Source of the DNA: an uncultured Candidatus Saccharibacteria bacterium
GTDB lineage: Bacteria; Patescibacteriota; Minisyncoccia; Phycocordibacterales; UBA2100
Length of the DNA stretch: 64,000 nt
Direction: 5' to 3'
Assembly: GCA_964462785.1 (NCBI GenBank)
Contig: CAYWZA010000003.1
Location: 1-64,000, forward strand
Shown: piece after piece, positions 1-9,220 of the stretch
Position numbering within the stretch: position 1 is the stretch's first letter
Layout of the letters: each line of letters begins with the position of its first letter
Position numbers and translations under genes: made by a program
Notes under the pieces: model-generated
What the model saw: the letters and a program-made list of their open reading frames with translations, nothing else
Databases searched by the model: none
Told to the model about the DNA's origin: nothing

Positions 1-50
1 ACACTAGGCTGGTAATGTACAAGGTTGGTGTTCAAAAATATGGGGGAGGG

Positions 51-392
51 TCAAAATTCCTCACCGAAATCCTTCAGAAGTTCGAAGTCGAACTCACCAA
101 GATTCTTGTTAAGTCGTACATTCAGTTCTTTCTCTTTCTCAATGTCAGGGATGTTCACGTAGACCACGGGCATCTCAGTGAAGCCGAGGTCTTTGGCGAC
201 CTTCAATCGGAAGTGTCCGCCGATAACAGTGTTCATCCGCTCCTTTGCGGAGTTACAAATGATAGGGTCAACCAATCCGAATCTAGTAATCGATTCTTTA
301 AGCGCATTAGTTTGCGCTTCATTCCACTTGCGTGGGTTGTATGTACTCGGGTTTAGAGAACCAACGGGTACATATGTAACTTTCATGTCCAT
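51..392 (-). CDS. ParB-like nuclease domain protein (ParB/Srx fold, of the kind often fused to DNA methylases)
   Basis: N-terminal motif KVTYVPVGSLNPSTYNPRKW is typical of ParB-like nuclease domains. It sits in the low-GC island next to the R-M genes. Confidence 0.55.
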   Translation of the reverse strand: MDMKVTYVPVGSLNPSTYNPRKWNEAQTNALKESITRFGLVDPIICNSAKERMNTVIGGHFRLKVAKDLGFTEMPVVYVNIPDIEKEKELNVRLNKNLGEFDFELLKDFGEEF

Positions 393-689
393 ATGTTTTT
401 TGTTGAGTTAAATTCATAAATCCGTTAGTTCTCAATTAGTTAAATAAAAAACGGCGCGCTTGTAGCGACATGAGATTTAGAATCGACCTATCTCAAGTCA
501 CTCAATCAGCTTCACCGTTAGTATCTTCTTTCGAAGTATTTTAAGTATGAGTGATTCTTTTTTTATCCGCAAATAGAGTTTTGCAACGATGGTAAATTAC
601 AAAAATGGCGACGAAATTTTTGCAGAATGCTCACCAAGAATCACCTGCAACTATCGTAAATTGGGGCTGTGGATATCTATGAAGGTTAG

Positions 690-1499
690 CTACCCCCTAA
701 CCTGATTAACAGTTTCAGCAATCACATCTAAAATTTCCTCCATTGTATTCTGTCCACCACTGAGAAAATCCCAAAATTCAGAAGCTATTAAAATTTCATC
801 ATGCGCAAAAAACTTTTTGAATTCGATTAGATAATCAAAAAATCTTGTTTTATCAAAACCTGTTGGTGTTGGAGAAGTGGGGTCAAAAGGAAAACCAACT
901 AAAAATCGTACCCTCTTACCGGAATGCTGTAATTTAAGCGCTGCTTTTCCATATAAAATCTTTTGCTTTTCTCCACGGCCCTCTCCTGAGTTTGGACGGA
1001 CAGACTTTAATTCTATCGCAATGATTTCATCATCCTCTTCAATAAAAGTATCGACAGTAAAAGGGAGAGAGTCAATTTCTGCGTCTTGTGGATCAAATGT
1101 AAGCACCAGATCATCTTCTCGAATCAAATCTGGTAAATGCGTCCCTGCCTTTAGGTCGCGAATAATGTTCTCAATGTGCTCTGCCTGAGTTCTTTTTACC
1201 TTAAGTCTATAAGAGTCTGTAAATTTACGCTTATACCCCCCTGATAAAATATGAGATATATTCTCAAAACCACTACCAAGTGAGGTATTTAGTCCGTGAA
1301 GCCAGCTGGCAATTGCAACAAGATACGGTGTCTCGATATTTAGCGAGCCGAGGCGCTCGTTGAAACATTCAAGAAAAGCCGTATGAAATGGGGCGTTACG
1401 AATTTCTGCACCGACTTCGGGAAAATTTTCTATTCTGCGCAAAAGAATATCTTTTACAACTTCGCTTATTCTATTTTTTTGATCTTGAGTTAAAGCCAT
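690..1499 (-). CDS. Putative Type II restriction endonuclease (PD-(D/E)xK fold)
   Basis: Candidate PD...ExK motif (TVD...IAIELK). It lies immediately downstream of, and on the same strand as, the DNA methyltransferase, with a 3-nt gap. Low GC. Confidence 0.5.
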   Translation of the reverse strand: MALTQDQKNRISEVVKDILLRRIENFPEVGAEIRNAPFHTAFLECFNERLGSLNIETPYLVAIASWLHGLNTSLGSGFENISHILSGGYKRKFTDSYRLKVKRTQAEHIENIIRDLKAGTHLPDLIREDDLVLTFDPQDAEIDSLPFTVDTFIEEDDEIIAIELKSVRPNSGEGRGEKQKILYGKAALKLQHSGKRVRFLVGFPFDPTSPTPTGFDKTRFFDYLIEFKKFFAHDEILIASEFWDFLSGGQNTMEEILDVIAETVNQVRG

Positions 1500-1502
1500 A
1501 AA

Positions 1503-3077
1503 TTATTTTGATTTAAAATGAAAAATTATTTCGGAATATGGATTCCTGTCTCGCTCCGTTCGATTCAAAACGGGTCTTTTAAATTGATTGACAATCTTCA
1601 TCCCAGATTTTTCCGCAATTTCTGGATAGAGATTATATTTATCATTTGCTACAAGGAAAATATCATAATCATCTTTTAGATATTTCTTACAGTTATTTAG
1701 CACATCGGCTATTCCTTGAGAATATGACCTGCGTGCCTCCTGTCCTTGTCCTTTGAAAAGAGGGCCAATTTCTAAATCATCTTTTCTTTTAAATCCTAAC
1801 AAATCGTAAGCATAGGCGTGTTGTTCGTGATAATCTATTTGCCCAACATACGGAGGAGAGCAAAATATACCCGAAATTTTTTGTTTTTTCAGAATCTTTG
1901 CAAATTCATGGTTTTGTTTCTCAACTTTTTCAAAAATATCAACAAACCTTGAGTCGCCAGTAATAGCCGAATAGTGAGCTGGTTTTCGCAACCTTTCAAA
2001 TTCTTTAATTCTTGAAACCGTGTCATATGCATAGCGATTAAGCATTGTTTTTATAGAAAACAACGGCTTGCAAATCTTTTTGTGCTTATAGCAATAATAT
2101 GTAGTTAATTGTGGCTCTTTTAGGGTAGCGAGATCACTGTGTGTCGTGGCTCGGCACGATCTAATTGTTCGACTCAAAATCAGAGCCAAAATCTTTTTTG
2201 TTTTTATGTCTTTTTCTTGTTTTATAGTATTAAAAACATGATCAATTTCTTTTCTCACATTATCCATAAACCAAGTATCTAAAAATGAATCGGTTTTATC
2301 CTGTTTCAGCTTTATTGAATATTTCTTTAGTAATTTCTGGTATATAGGTAAAAACTCTTTCTCTTTTTCAGAAGAGAATATTTTCTCATTAAAATTACCT
2401 TGATTTAATTTATATTTGAAATCTGAGCCGGGAAAATGCTTATTATTAAACTTTGCGAGCTCTGCCAACAGCTCTGTTTCAAATTCTTGAATTTTATTAT
2501 CGTGCTCAAAAGTATCTATTGCCGCGAGCATTTTTTTTATCGCTTTTTGCAGATAATCGTGATCATAGTTTGTTGCTTTGCAACTTGCAATCATGCAATT
2601 AAACTCAGACACATCAATACCAACGGAATGAATACCCATTTCTAGTGCTTGAATAATTGTTGTGCCTGAACCCAGAAAAGGATCAAGAACTATATCGCCA
2701 GTTTTAAAATAAACATCCTTTTTAAAATCATCAGTATGTGAATCAATAAAATATTCGACGAGTTGAGGAATGTATTTTCCTTTATAAGGGTGAAGTCGGT
2801 GGACATGCTTCGTGGTATCTTTCTCACGTAAATTATCAAAGGAAAGCGTCCAGTTTAAATCATTCCCCAAGTTCTTTTTCCAGCTGATTTCGCGTTTCCC
2901 GTTATATGATTCGTAATATTTTTTTAGATCACCCAAATCAACCATCGTGGAGCCATTTTCACCATGTTTTTTTACCTTGCCATATTGCACGAGGTAGGAA
3001 ATATTTGTCGGTGAAACCTCCTTTTCAAGGTAATCAGTAGCCCACTTTGATGCTTCGGGTATTGATACTAGTGACAT
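1503..3077 (-). CDS. DNA methyltransferase, N6-adenine/N4-cytosine family
   Basis: Motif I DPFLGSGTT and motif IV SPPY are present in alpha-class order. Low-GC region. Confidence 0.8.
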   Translation of the reverse strand: MSLVSIPEASKWATDYLEKEVSPTNISYLVQYGKVKKHGENGSTMVDLGDLKKYYESYNGKREISWKKNLGNDLNWTLSFDNLREKDTTKHVHRLHPYKGKYIPQLVEYFIDSHTDDFKKDVYFKTGDIVLDPFLGSGTTIIQALEMGIHSVGIDVSEFNCMIASCKATNYDHDYLQKAIKKMLAAIDTFEHDNKIQEFETELLAELAKFNNKHFPGSDFKYKLNQGNFNEKIFSSEKEKEFLPIYQKLLKKYSIKLKQDKTDSFLDTWFMDNVRKEIDHVFNTIKQEKDIKTKKILALILSRTIRSCRATTHSDLATLKEPQLTTYYCYKHKKICKPLFSIKTMLNRYAYDTVSRIKEFERLRKPAHYSAITGDSRFVDIFEKVEKQNHEFAKILKKQKISGIFCSPPYVGQIDYHEQHAYAYDLLGFKRKDDLEIGPLFKGQGQEARRSYSQGIADVLNNCKKYLKDDYDIFLVANDKYNLYPEIAEKSGMKIVNQFKRPVLNRTERDRNPYSEIIFHFKSK

Positions 3078-3095
3078 AAGTTTATTTTATCAGAT

Positions 3096-3731
3096 TTATT
3101 TGACTATTGGCTTCTTAATTACCTCAACTACTTTTCCATTGACTAAAATATTGTCATCTTCGTGAACAAAAATGGGAGAATATTCTTGTGTTGACTCAGA
3201 CATTAGAAGAATTTGTGAGTTCTTGCTGTCCCAAACATATTTTTTTATGTTTGCCATATTATCAATTATAGAAACAATGTAATCGCCGTCACGGGGCACC
3301 ACAGAACCACTGTCAACAATGACAAAATCTCCTTCCTCAATATTTTTTCCATTGATAGAAGCTTTATTCAAAGAATTTCCCTCGGCTCGAAGTGCAAAGA
3401 GATGTTCCTTTTTAGGTAAAAGTTTCTTAGATATCTTTAAGTACCCCTCTATGTTTTCTTCCGCATATATTGTCCGTGGCCCACAATTAGCTGAACCCAT
3501 AATTGGTACAGATATAAACAAATTTGAACTACTTACTTTGCCACTGACCCTACTTATTAAAGCTTTGTTTTTATCGACAACAATAAAACCCTTCCGTTCA
3601 AGTTGAAAAAGATGATGCTTTATTTTTTGGGGGAGCTTCTCGTCAATAAGTGCTCCTATATCCCGTAAGGTCATGCCACCTATATTTTTTGTCTCGATCA
3701 ATCGCAAGAGTTTTTCTTGTATTGGATGCAT
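3096..3731 (-). CDS. lexA: LexA-like repressor (N-terminal wHTH plus S24 peptidase domain)
   Basis: LexA_DNA_bind-like N-terminus (HLFQLERKGFIVV). S24 motifs GNSL (Ser) and ANIKKY (Lys), with the EGDFVIVD block. Confidence 0.7.
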   Translation of the reverse strand: MHPIQEKLLRLIETKNIGGMTLRDIGALIDEKLPQKIKHHLFQLERKGFIVVDKNKALISRVSGKVSSSNLFISVPIMGSANCGPRTIYAEENIEGYLKISKKLLPKKEHLFALRAEGNSLNKASINGKNIEEGDFVIVDSGSVVPRDGDYIVSIIDNMANIKKYVWDSKNSQILLMSESTQEYSPIFVHEDDNILVNGKVVEVIKKPIVK

Positions 3732-3735
3732 AGGT

Positions 3736-3753
3736 ACAGTATACGTGTTCTGT
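3736..3753. promoter_or_regulatory. Candidate SOS-box-like palindrome ACAG-N10-CTGT just upstream of the lexA-like start
   Basis: ACAGTATACGTGTTCTGT lies 5 nt upstream of the start codon, in the divergent region between the lexA-like and GIY-YIG genes. Confidence 0.25.
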
Positions 3754-3879
3754 CAAAAGTAATCAACAAGTTGTCCACAGATATGACAGAGTTGACAGGA
3801 TATATCTGCAGGTGAGAAAATATAGGCACGTCCTCGGTGTCGACGGGCTCTTAATAATAACGGTAGTCAGAACAACTTC

Positions 3880-4170
3880 ATGGCATTCGTACAACAAGCA
3901 CCAAGACTCTTCACGAAGCAAAACATCGAGGCAATAACCCCAAACCAATACGGTGTGTACGGCATATTCAGCCAAAATCGCTGGATTTACGTTGGTAAGG
4001 GTGATATTCGCACAAGACTCCTCTCTCACCTGAATGGTGATAACCCGCTCATTCTTAGAGCTGGTCCCACACATTGGGTAGATGAGGTTTGTGCAGATCC
4101 GCAGATGAGTGTTCGTGAGAAGCAATTAATACTGGAACTACAGCCAGTCTGTAACCAGAAAGTCGGTTAA
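3880..4170 (+). CDS. GIY-YIG nuclease domain protein
   Basis: Motifs YGVYGIF...IYVGKG...R...H match the GIY/YIG/Arg/His signature. Size is typical of stand-alone GIY-YIG proteins. Confidence 0.65.
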   Translation: MAFVQQAPRLFTKQNIEAITPNQYGVYGIFSQNRWIYVGKGDIRTRLLSHLNGDNPLILRAGPTHWVDEVCADPQMSVREKQLILELQPVCNQKVG

Positions 4171-4195
4171 ATTATTAGCACTAAGCAGTTTTCGC

Positions 4196-4402
4196 ATGGC
4201 AAAATATAATCGCAACGCGGGCAAACACTGGACACCACAAGAAGAGCACAAACTTGTCCAAATGGCTCACGGGAATACCCCAACCCGAGTTATCGGACTT
4301 AAACTTGGAAGACCTGCCGGTGGGGTAACTTCAAAGGCTCAAGAATTGAAAGTGAGTCTCAGACCAGTAAATCAGTCGCCCTACAACCGAAGAAAGAAAT
4401 AA
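4196..4402 (+). CDS. Small basic hypothetical protein
   Basis: 68-aa ORF in the low-GC island, followed by an intrinsic terminator. Confidence 0.3.
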   Translation: MAKYNRNAGKHWTPQEEHKLVQMAHGNTPTRVIGLKLGRPAGGVTSKAQELKVSLRPVNQSPYNRRKK

Positions 4403-4523
4403 CTTTCGTGGGTACTTGGAAAAAGCGACCTAGTAGTTAGAGCTTGATCGCCTGAGGTTGTCGGAATTGTCAAAACGGTAAATTGGCTTGGCTGAGATAG
4501 CGATCGAAAGGCGCACCTTCTCG

Positions 4524-4548
4524 AAACACCCCTTGATGGGGTGTTTTT
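4524..4548 (+). terminator. Rho-independent terminator (AAACACCCC-loop-GGGGTGTTT plus T-run)
   Basis: Perfect 9-bp stem followed by TTTTT, at the island boundary. Confidence 0.55.
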
Positions 4549-4745
4549 CGTTCACTAGACACTTTTCAATCCTTTTATAGTGTCTATCGTGTCTATTGAG
4601 ACCGACCCACATGCCTCAAATTCGCAAGTGGAGAAATCCCTCAAAAACCCTTACAATGATTGGTATGTACGGGCACTTAACCCAAATTCACCGCAGATAG
4701 AAACTTCGAGTTCGGACTGGCTGAACATCTTAAGAAAAAATCACT

Positions 4746-4994
4746 ATGAAATATGTCGCACTGCTGCGGGGTATCAACGTTGGCGGCAACAATATCATCA
4801 AGATGACAGCGCTCAAGGCATGTTTTGAAGACATGGGATTTAGTAATGTCCGGACCGTGATCGCGAGCGGCAATGTTCTTTTTGAATCCCGGGGCAGCGC
4901 CGCGACACTAATACCCGGCACAATATTCACCGTCAGATATACAGCAACTGCGAGCGCGAGCAAGCGGATGATGAAAGACATGTTTTTATCTTAA
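4746..4994 (+). pseudogene. Truncated DUF1697 family gene (N-terminal ~47 aa conserved, remainder lost)
   Basis: MKYVALLRGINVGGNNIIKM...SGNVLFES matches the DUF1697 N-terminus. Full-length members are about 180 aa; this ORF is 82 aa and diverges after residue 47. Confidence 0.45.
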
Positions 4995-5008
4995 CACGAT
5001 GTTATGCT

Positions 5009-5548
5009 GTGTTGATGAAGAAAGTCATTGTCGCAACTGCTGTGTTCATCCTTGTTATCGTCGGGCTCTTTGTGTTTAATGCATATACCTATACTGAAAA
5101 TCCTGCAGATGAGGGTCTTTTCACCGATTACAAAACCGGGCGCTATCTGATAAGTGGCACACCAATGCAACTTGGCATGAATGGCGTACGATATTTTGGT
5201 AACGAAGTACTGGCTGATATCGATAACGACGGGGATCAGGATGTTGCATTTTTAATAACGCAGGAGCGCGGTGAGGATGGGGTGCGCTTTTTCCTTGCGG
5301 GGGCACTTAAGGAGGAGGGTGGGTATCGCGGATCGCAAGCAATGATGATCGGTGACAACATCGCCCCACAAACCACCGAATGGCGCGATGGTTTGGTGCT
5401 TATCAATTTTGCGGAGCGCAGAGCCAATGAACCGCTCACCACGCCGCCACACATGGGCAGAAGCATCTACGCAAAGTACTCCCCCACCGCCAACGACTTT
5501 GGCGAGGTGGTGCAAAATTTCGAGGGCGAATCCGCAAACGGACGGTGA
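5009..5548 (+). CDS. Membrane-anchored hypothetical protein
   Basis: N-terminal TM helix followed by a soluble domain. Confidence 0.45.
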   Translation: MLMKKVIVATAVFILVIVGLFVFNAYTYTENPADEGLFTDYKTGRYLISGTPMQLGMNGVRYFGNEVLADIDNDGDQDVAFLITQERGEDGVRFFLAGALKEEGGYRGSQAMMIGDNIAPQTTEWRDGLVLINFAERRANEPLTTPPHMGRSIYAKYSPTANDFGEVVQNFEGESANGR

Positions 5549-5575
5549 ACACATTCAGACTGGTATCATATACAT

Positions 5576-5902
5576 ATGGATCTTACACAAAAACACTGCG
5601 TGCCATGCGAGGGTGGTGTGATGCCGCTTTTCAAACAGGACGCCGAGGAGATGCTGAAGCAGATACCGGAATGGACGCTCTGGCCTGATGCGAAAACAAT
5701 TTCGCGAGAGTTTTCTTTTAAGGATTTTAAGGGCGCATTTGCGTTTGCGACGAAAGTCGCCGAGCTTGCCGAAGCCGAGGGGCACCACCCCGATATGCTC
5801 ATTTCATGGGGCAAGGTCGGCATTGAGCTTTCGACACACGCGATCGGCGGTCTCTCGGAAAATGATTTCATACTTGCAGCGAAAATAGATGCAGTGGTAT
5901 AG
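5576..5902 (+). CDS. phhB: Pterin-4-alpha-carbinolamine dehydratase
   Basis: Conserved EGHHPD motif and PCD/DCoH-like sequence throughout. Confidence 0.85.
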   Translation: MDLTQKHCVPCEGGVMPLFKQDAEEMLKQIPEWTLWPDAKTISREFSFKDFKGAFAFATKVAELAEAEGHHPDMLISWGKVGIELSTHAIGGLSENDFILAAKIDAVV

Positions 5903-5950
5903 CCGCCGGTGCGGGTAAAAAAATTTTCTATCCACATCCCTCTCTAGCGC

Positions 5951-6250
5951 GTGCATGCAGAGCGCTATACTGAATGCATGATGTATAACAATGATTTCGG
6001 GGGCGGAGCAATGATGGGTCAGGAGGCGTTTAATCTGCCGTTCTTTGATCCGACGTGGTTCATTATTTTCCTGCTCTGGACGCTCGTCTGGAAAGGGCTC
6101 GCGCTCTGGCATGCCGCACAGCGCGAGGATAAGCTCTGGTTCATTGCCCTCCTCGTCATCAATACCGCCGGACTGCTTGAAATTATTTATTTGTTCTTCG
6201 TAGCGAAAAAGAAATTCACCGATTTGTTTCCGGTGGGAGAGATTAAATAG
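5951..6250 (+). CDS. Small two-TM membrane protein (hypothetical)
   Basis: Hydrophobic segments (WFIIFLLWTLVWKGLALW and WFIALLVINTAGLL). The start may be an internal Met. Confidence 0.45.
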   Translation: MHAERYTECMMYNNDFGGGAMMGQEAFNLPFFDPTWFIIFLLWTLVWKGLALWHAAQREDKLWFIALLVINTAGLLEIIYLFFVAKKKFTDLFPVGEIK

Positions 6251-6278
6251 GTACTCCAATTGAAAAACCACCCCATGT

Positions 6279-6821
6279 TCATGGGGTGGTTGGTTTTCTG
6301 CGTTCGCTGTTGTTTCTTCGCCGACTTTTTCGCTCATCTGGTACACTGCCAAGTCCGCCAGACAAATTCACCGGTCGAAAGCCGAGCTCGAGAAGTATCT
6401 CGCATGCGCGCTCACTACGCACACCACCAGCACACATAACCAATACTTCCCCTGTCCTATTTTTTTCCTCAGACACCCATTTGAGCTGCGAAGATGCTTT
6501 CACATCAGTCCGAAATTGCTCCTCGTTTTTATAATCAAACGGAATGTATGCTATGACAGTATTGCCTGAAAATCGCAGCCATACGTCCTGCGTCTCCGCA
6601 TCTGAGCGCACATCGAGTATGCACGGTGAGGAATGCCCATTGAGATACGTTCCCAGCGCGTCTGCTTCACTGCTGGGAAACGGTTTCCGTATTTTCAGGA
6701 CATTAGGGATTTTCGGAATATTGGGAACACGAACCGTGGGTGGCATATTGACACCTTTCCGTGCCATCCAAAGCGCGACACCGACAATGACTATTGTCAC
6801 TAGTGCCGAAACAAGCAGCAT
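6279..6821 (-). CDS. Rhodanese-domain protein (sulfurtransferase-like)
   Basis: Active-site loop CAGGVRS, an N-terminal TM helix and a C-terminal basic tail. Confidence 0.65.
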   Translation of the reverse strand: MLLVSALVTIVIVGVALWMARKGVNMPPTVRVPNIPKIPNVLKIRKPFPSSEADALGTYLNGHSSPCILDVRSDAETQDVWLRFSGNTVIAYIPFDYKNEEQFRTDVKASSQLKWVSEEKNRTGEVLVMCAGGVRSERACEILLELGFRPVNLSGGLGSVPDERKSRRRNNSERRKPTTP

Positions 6822-6905
6822 ATTCGCCTCCCTATGTAACGATCTGTTCCCATCCTAGCAGAACCGCGACTAGTGTACACACTGTGACATTGCTACAATC
6901 CTTCC

Positions 6906-9047
6906 ATGCACACAAGCGATCTGCTGGAGAATCTGTTTCGATTGGCGGCGCCGCAAAGATCGGCGCTGCGTCGACTCGGAATCCTAACGGTGCACGATCT
7001 GCTCTACCATTTCCCTGCGCGTTATGATGCCCCCGGAACGACAGGGACGGTGAGTAATTTGCGGCACGGCGAGAAAGTAACACTCTACGGCACACTCTCG
7101 AAAGTCGAAGCGAAGCGCCTCTGGAAAAGCCGCCGCCCCGCTGCTGAAGGTATGTTCGAAGACGGCACAGGGCGCGTGAAAGTACTGTGGTTCAACCAGC
7201 CCTATCTGGCAAAGATGGTTCCGCAGCAGGTGATGGTGAAGCTCACCGGCACCGTCGCAGGAAACGACCGCCCGTATATCACCAATCCTGAGATCGAGCC
7301 GATCGCGAATAGTGCTATTCCTGAAAGGCTGTTTTCGAGAGATGCGCCGACAAACAGCTCTGAGATCTTTCCGGTGTATCCGGAATCGCACGGCATCACA
7401 AGCCGCTGGATGTATCACGCGCTCAAGAAAATTTTTGAGAGCGGTGTGCTCAACGAGCTCGAGGATCCGCTGCCGGATAGTGCCCGCGAACGCTATCATT
7501 TACCTGATCTGAAGACTGCGCTCGTGTGGGTGCATATGCCTAAATCAAAGCGTGACGCTGAGGCGGCGCGTAAACGATTTTCGTTTGAAGAAATTTTCAC
7601 CATCCAGCTTGCCCGTGCGCTCGAGCGCAAAGAGAATGACACACAATCATCGTTTTCGATCACCGTCGATGATGCGCGTATCCGCGCGTTCATAGAAACA
7701 CTCCCCTTCCCGCTCACCACGGCGCAGGAGCGCGCCATCGCCGATATCCTTGCGGATTTTAAAAAGCCGCACCCGATGGCGCGCCTCCTTGAGGGCGATG
7801 TCGGCTCGGGTAAAACGGTAGTCGCTGCGGTAAGTGCGTACGCCGCCGTCACTTCTCGCCCCAAAAACCGCATGAGCGGCACACTGCAAGTCGCCTACAT
7901 GGCACCGACTGAAATCCTCGCTGCGCAGCACTTTCAATCGTTCATCGAATTCTTTAAGGAGCTCCCGATTAATATCGGGCTCATCACGGGGAGCGGCTGC
8001 TATAAATTTCCTTCGAAAGCCAATCGGGACAAGCCGACACCAATATCACGTGCACAGCTTTTGAAGTGGGTCGCGAACGGTGAAATTGCATTTCTGATCG
8101 GCACGCATGCGCTTATACAGAAAAGTGTGAAATTCGCGCACTTAGCGTACGCGATCGTTGATGAACAGCATCGCTTTGGCACCGCCCAGCGCAAAAAACT
8201 CGCACACAAAGGCGATGCGCCTCCGCATTTTCTTTCAATGACCGCAACACCTATTCCGCGCACGCTCGCGCTCACTATGTACGGCGATTTGGATCTCTCC
8301 ATTCTAGATGAGCTACCGAAAAATCGCGCGGGCGTCGAAACGCTCATTGTCCCCAAGGAGAAGCGCACTGGCGCATACGAAGCAATGCGTGCAGAAATCG
8401 CATCGGGCAGGCAGGCATATGTCATCTGCCCGCGCATTGACGAACCTGATCCGGAAAAAGAACTTGCCCTCCTCGTGAAATCGGCAAAGGCGGAGGCGGC
8501 TCGACTCAAAAAAGAAGTGTTTCCTGAATGTGCTGTCGGGCTCCTCCACGGTAAAATGAATCAGAAAGAAAAAGATGCGGCGATGCATGCGTTTGCATCA
8601 GGTGGCACACACATTCTCGTCGCCACATCGGTCGTCGAGGTCGGCGTAAATGTGCCAAACGCCACTATGATGATCATCGAGGGTGCGGAACGATTTGGAC
8701 TTGCACAGCTGCACCAGCTGCGCGGGCGCATATTGCGCAGTTCGCATCAGGCATATTGCTATCTCTTCCCCACTGGTGCTGCGGGAGTCAAAAATGAGCG
8801 GCTCAAGGCAGTCGCAAAAACACGCGATGGCTTTGCCCTTGCAGAAGCAGATTTGCAATTGCGCGGCGCAGGCGATTTATATGGTCGCGCGCAGTGGGGC
8901 ATGTCGGATCTTGGTATGGAAGCGCTCAAAAACCCTCGTCTCATCGAAGCTGCGCGCGAAACAGCGCAGTCCGTTGCCCAAGGTCCCCTGAATGACTCGC
9001 TGAGAGGACGGCTCGCGCACGTGTTAGAACAACTGCACGCTGAATAG
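6906..9047 (+). CDS. recG: ATP-dependent DNA helicase RecG
   Basis: Walker A GDVGSGKT, DEQH box (VDEQHRFG) and helicase motifs QLRGRILR. Confidence 0.9.
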   Translation: MHTSDLLENLFRLAAPQRSALRRLGILTVHDLLYHFPARYDAPGTTGTVSNLRHGEKVTLYGTLSKVEAKRLWKSRRPAAEGMFEDGTGRVKVLWFNQPYLAKMVPQQVMVKLTGTVAGNDRPYITNPEIEPIANSAIPERLFSRDAPTNSSEIFPVYPESHGITSRWMYHALKKIFESGVLNELEDPLPDSARERYHLPDLKTALVWVHMPKSKRDAEAARKRFSFEEIFTIQLARALERKENDTQSSFSITVDDARIRAFIETLPFPLTTAQERAIADILADFKKPHPMARLLEGDVGSGKTVVAAVSAYAAVTSRPKNRMSGTLQVAYMAPTEILAAQHFQSFIEFFKELPINIGLITGSGCYKFPSKANRDKPTPISRAQLLKWVANGEIAFLIGTHALIQKSVKFAHLAYAIVDEQHRFGTAQRKKLAHKGDAPPHFLSMTATPIPRTLALTMYGDLDLSILDELPKNRAGVETLIVPKEKRTGAYEAMRAEIASGRQAYVICPRIDEPDPEKELALLVKSAKAEAARLKKEVFPECAVGLLHGKMNQKEKDAAMHAFASGGTHILVATSVVEVGVNVPNATMMIIEGAERFGLAQLHQLRGRILRSSHQAYCYLFPTGAAGVKNERLKAVAKTRDGFALAEADLQLRGAGDLYGRAQWGMSDLGMEALKNPRLIEAARETAQSVAQGPLNDSLRGRLAHVLEQLHAE

Positions 9048-9076
9048 CGTTAGAGCCTGTCTAAAGTCTCGTGGTA

Positions 9077-9197
9077 CCCATCCCTGAAAAATGCAGGTTT
9101 TTGAGCGAAAAACGAGTCGGAGCACGAAGTGCAGCCCAAGCTGCATTGAGTGCGAGACGAGGTTTTGCAGCCAAAAACATAGCATTTTCAGGATGGG
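9077..9197. repeat. Long imperfect palindrome / nested hairpin element between convergent genes
   Basis: CCCATCCCTGAAAAATGC ... GCATTTTCAGGATGGG with inner hairpins. It contains the motif CGAGTCGGAGC, shared with the 39.1-kb element. Confidence 0.5.
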
Positions 9198-9220
9198 GGA
9201 AGACTTTGACAGGCTTTAGG

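Noticed and set aside
6984-8588. Several long antisense ORFs inside recG (for example 6984-7499, 7496-7882, 8000-8509 on the minus strand)
   Set aside because: High-GC DNA generates long spurious ORFs. They overlap a gene with clear RecG motifs and have no recognisable domains.
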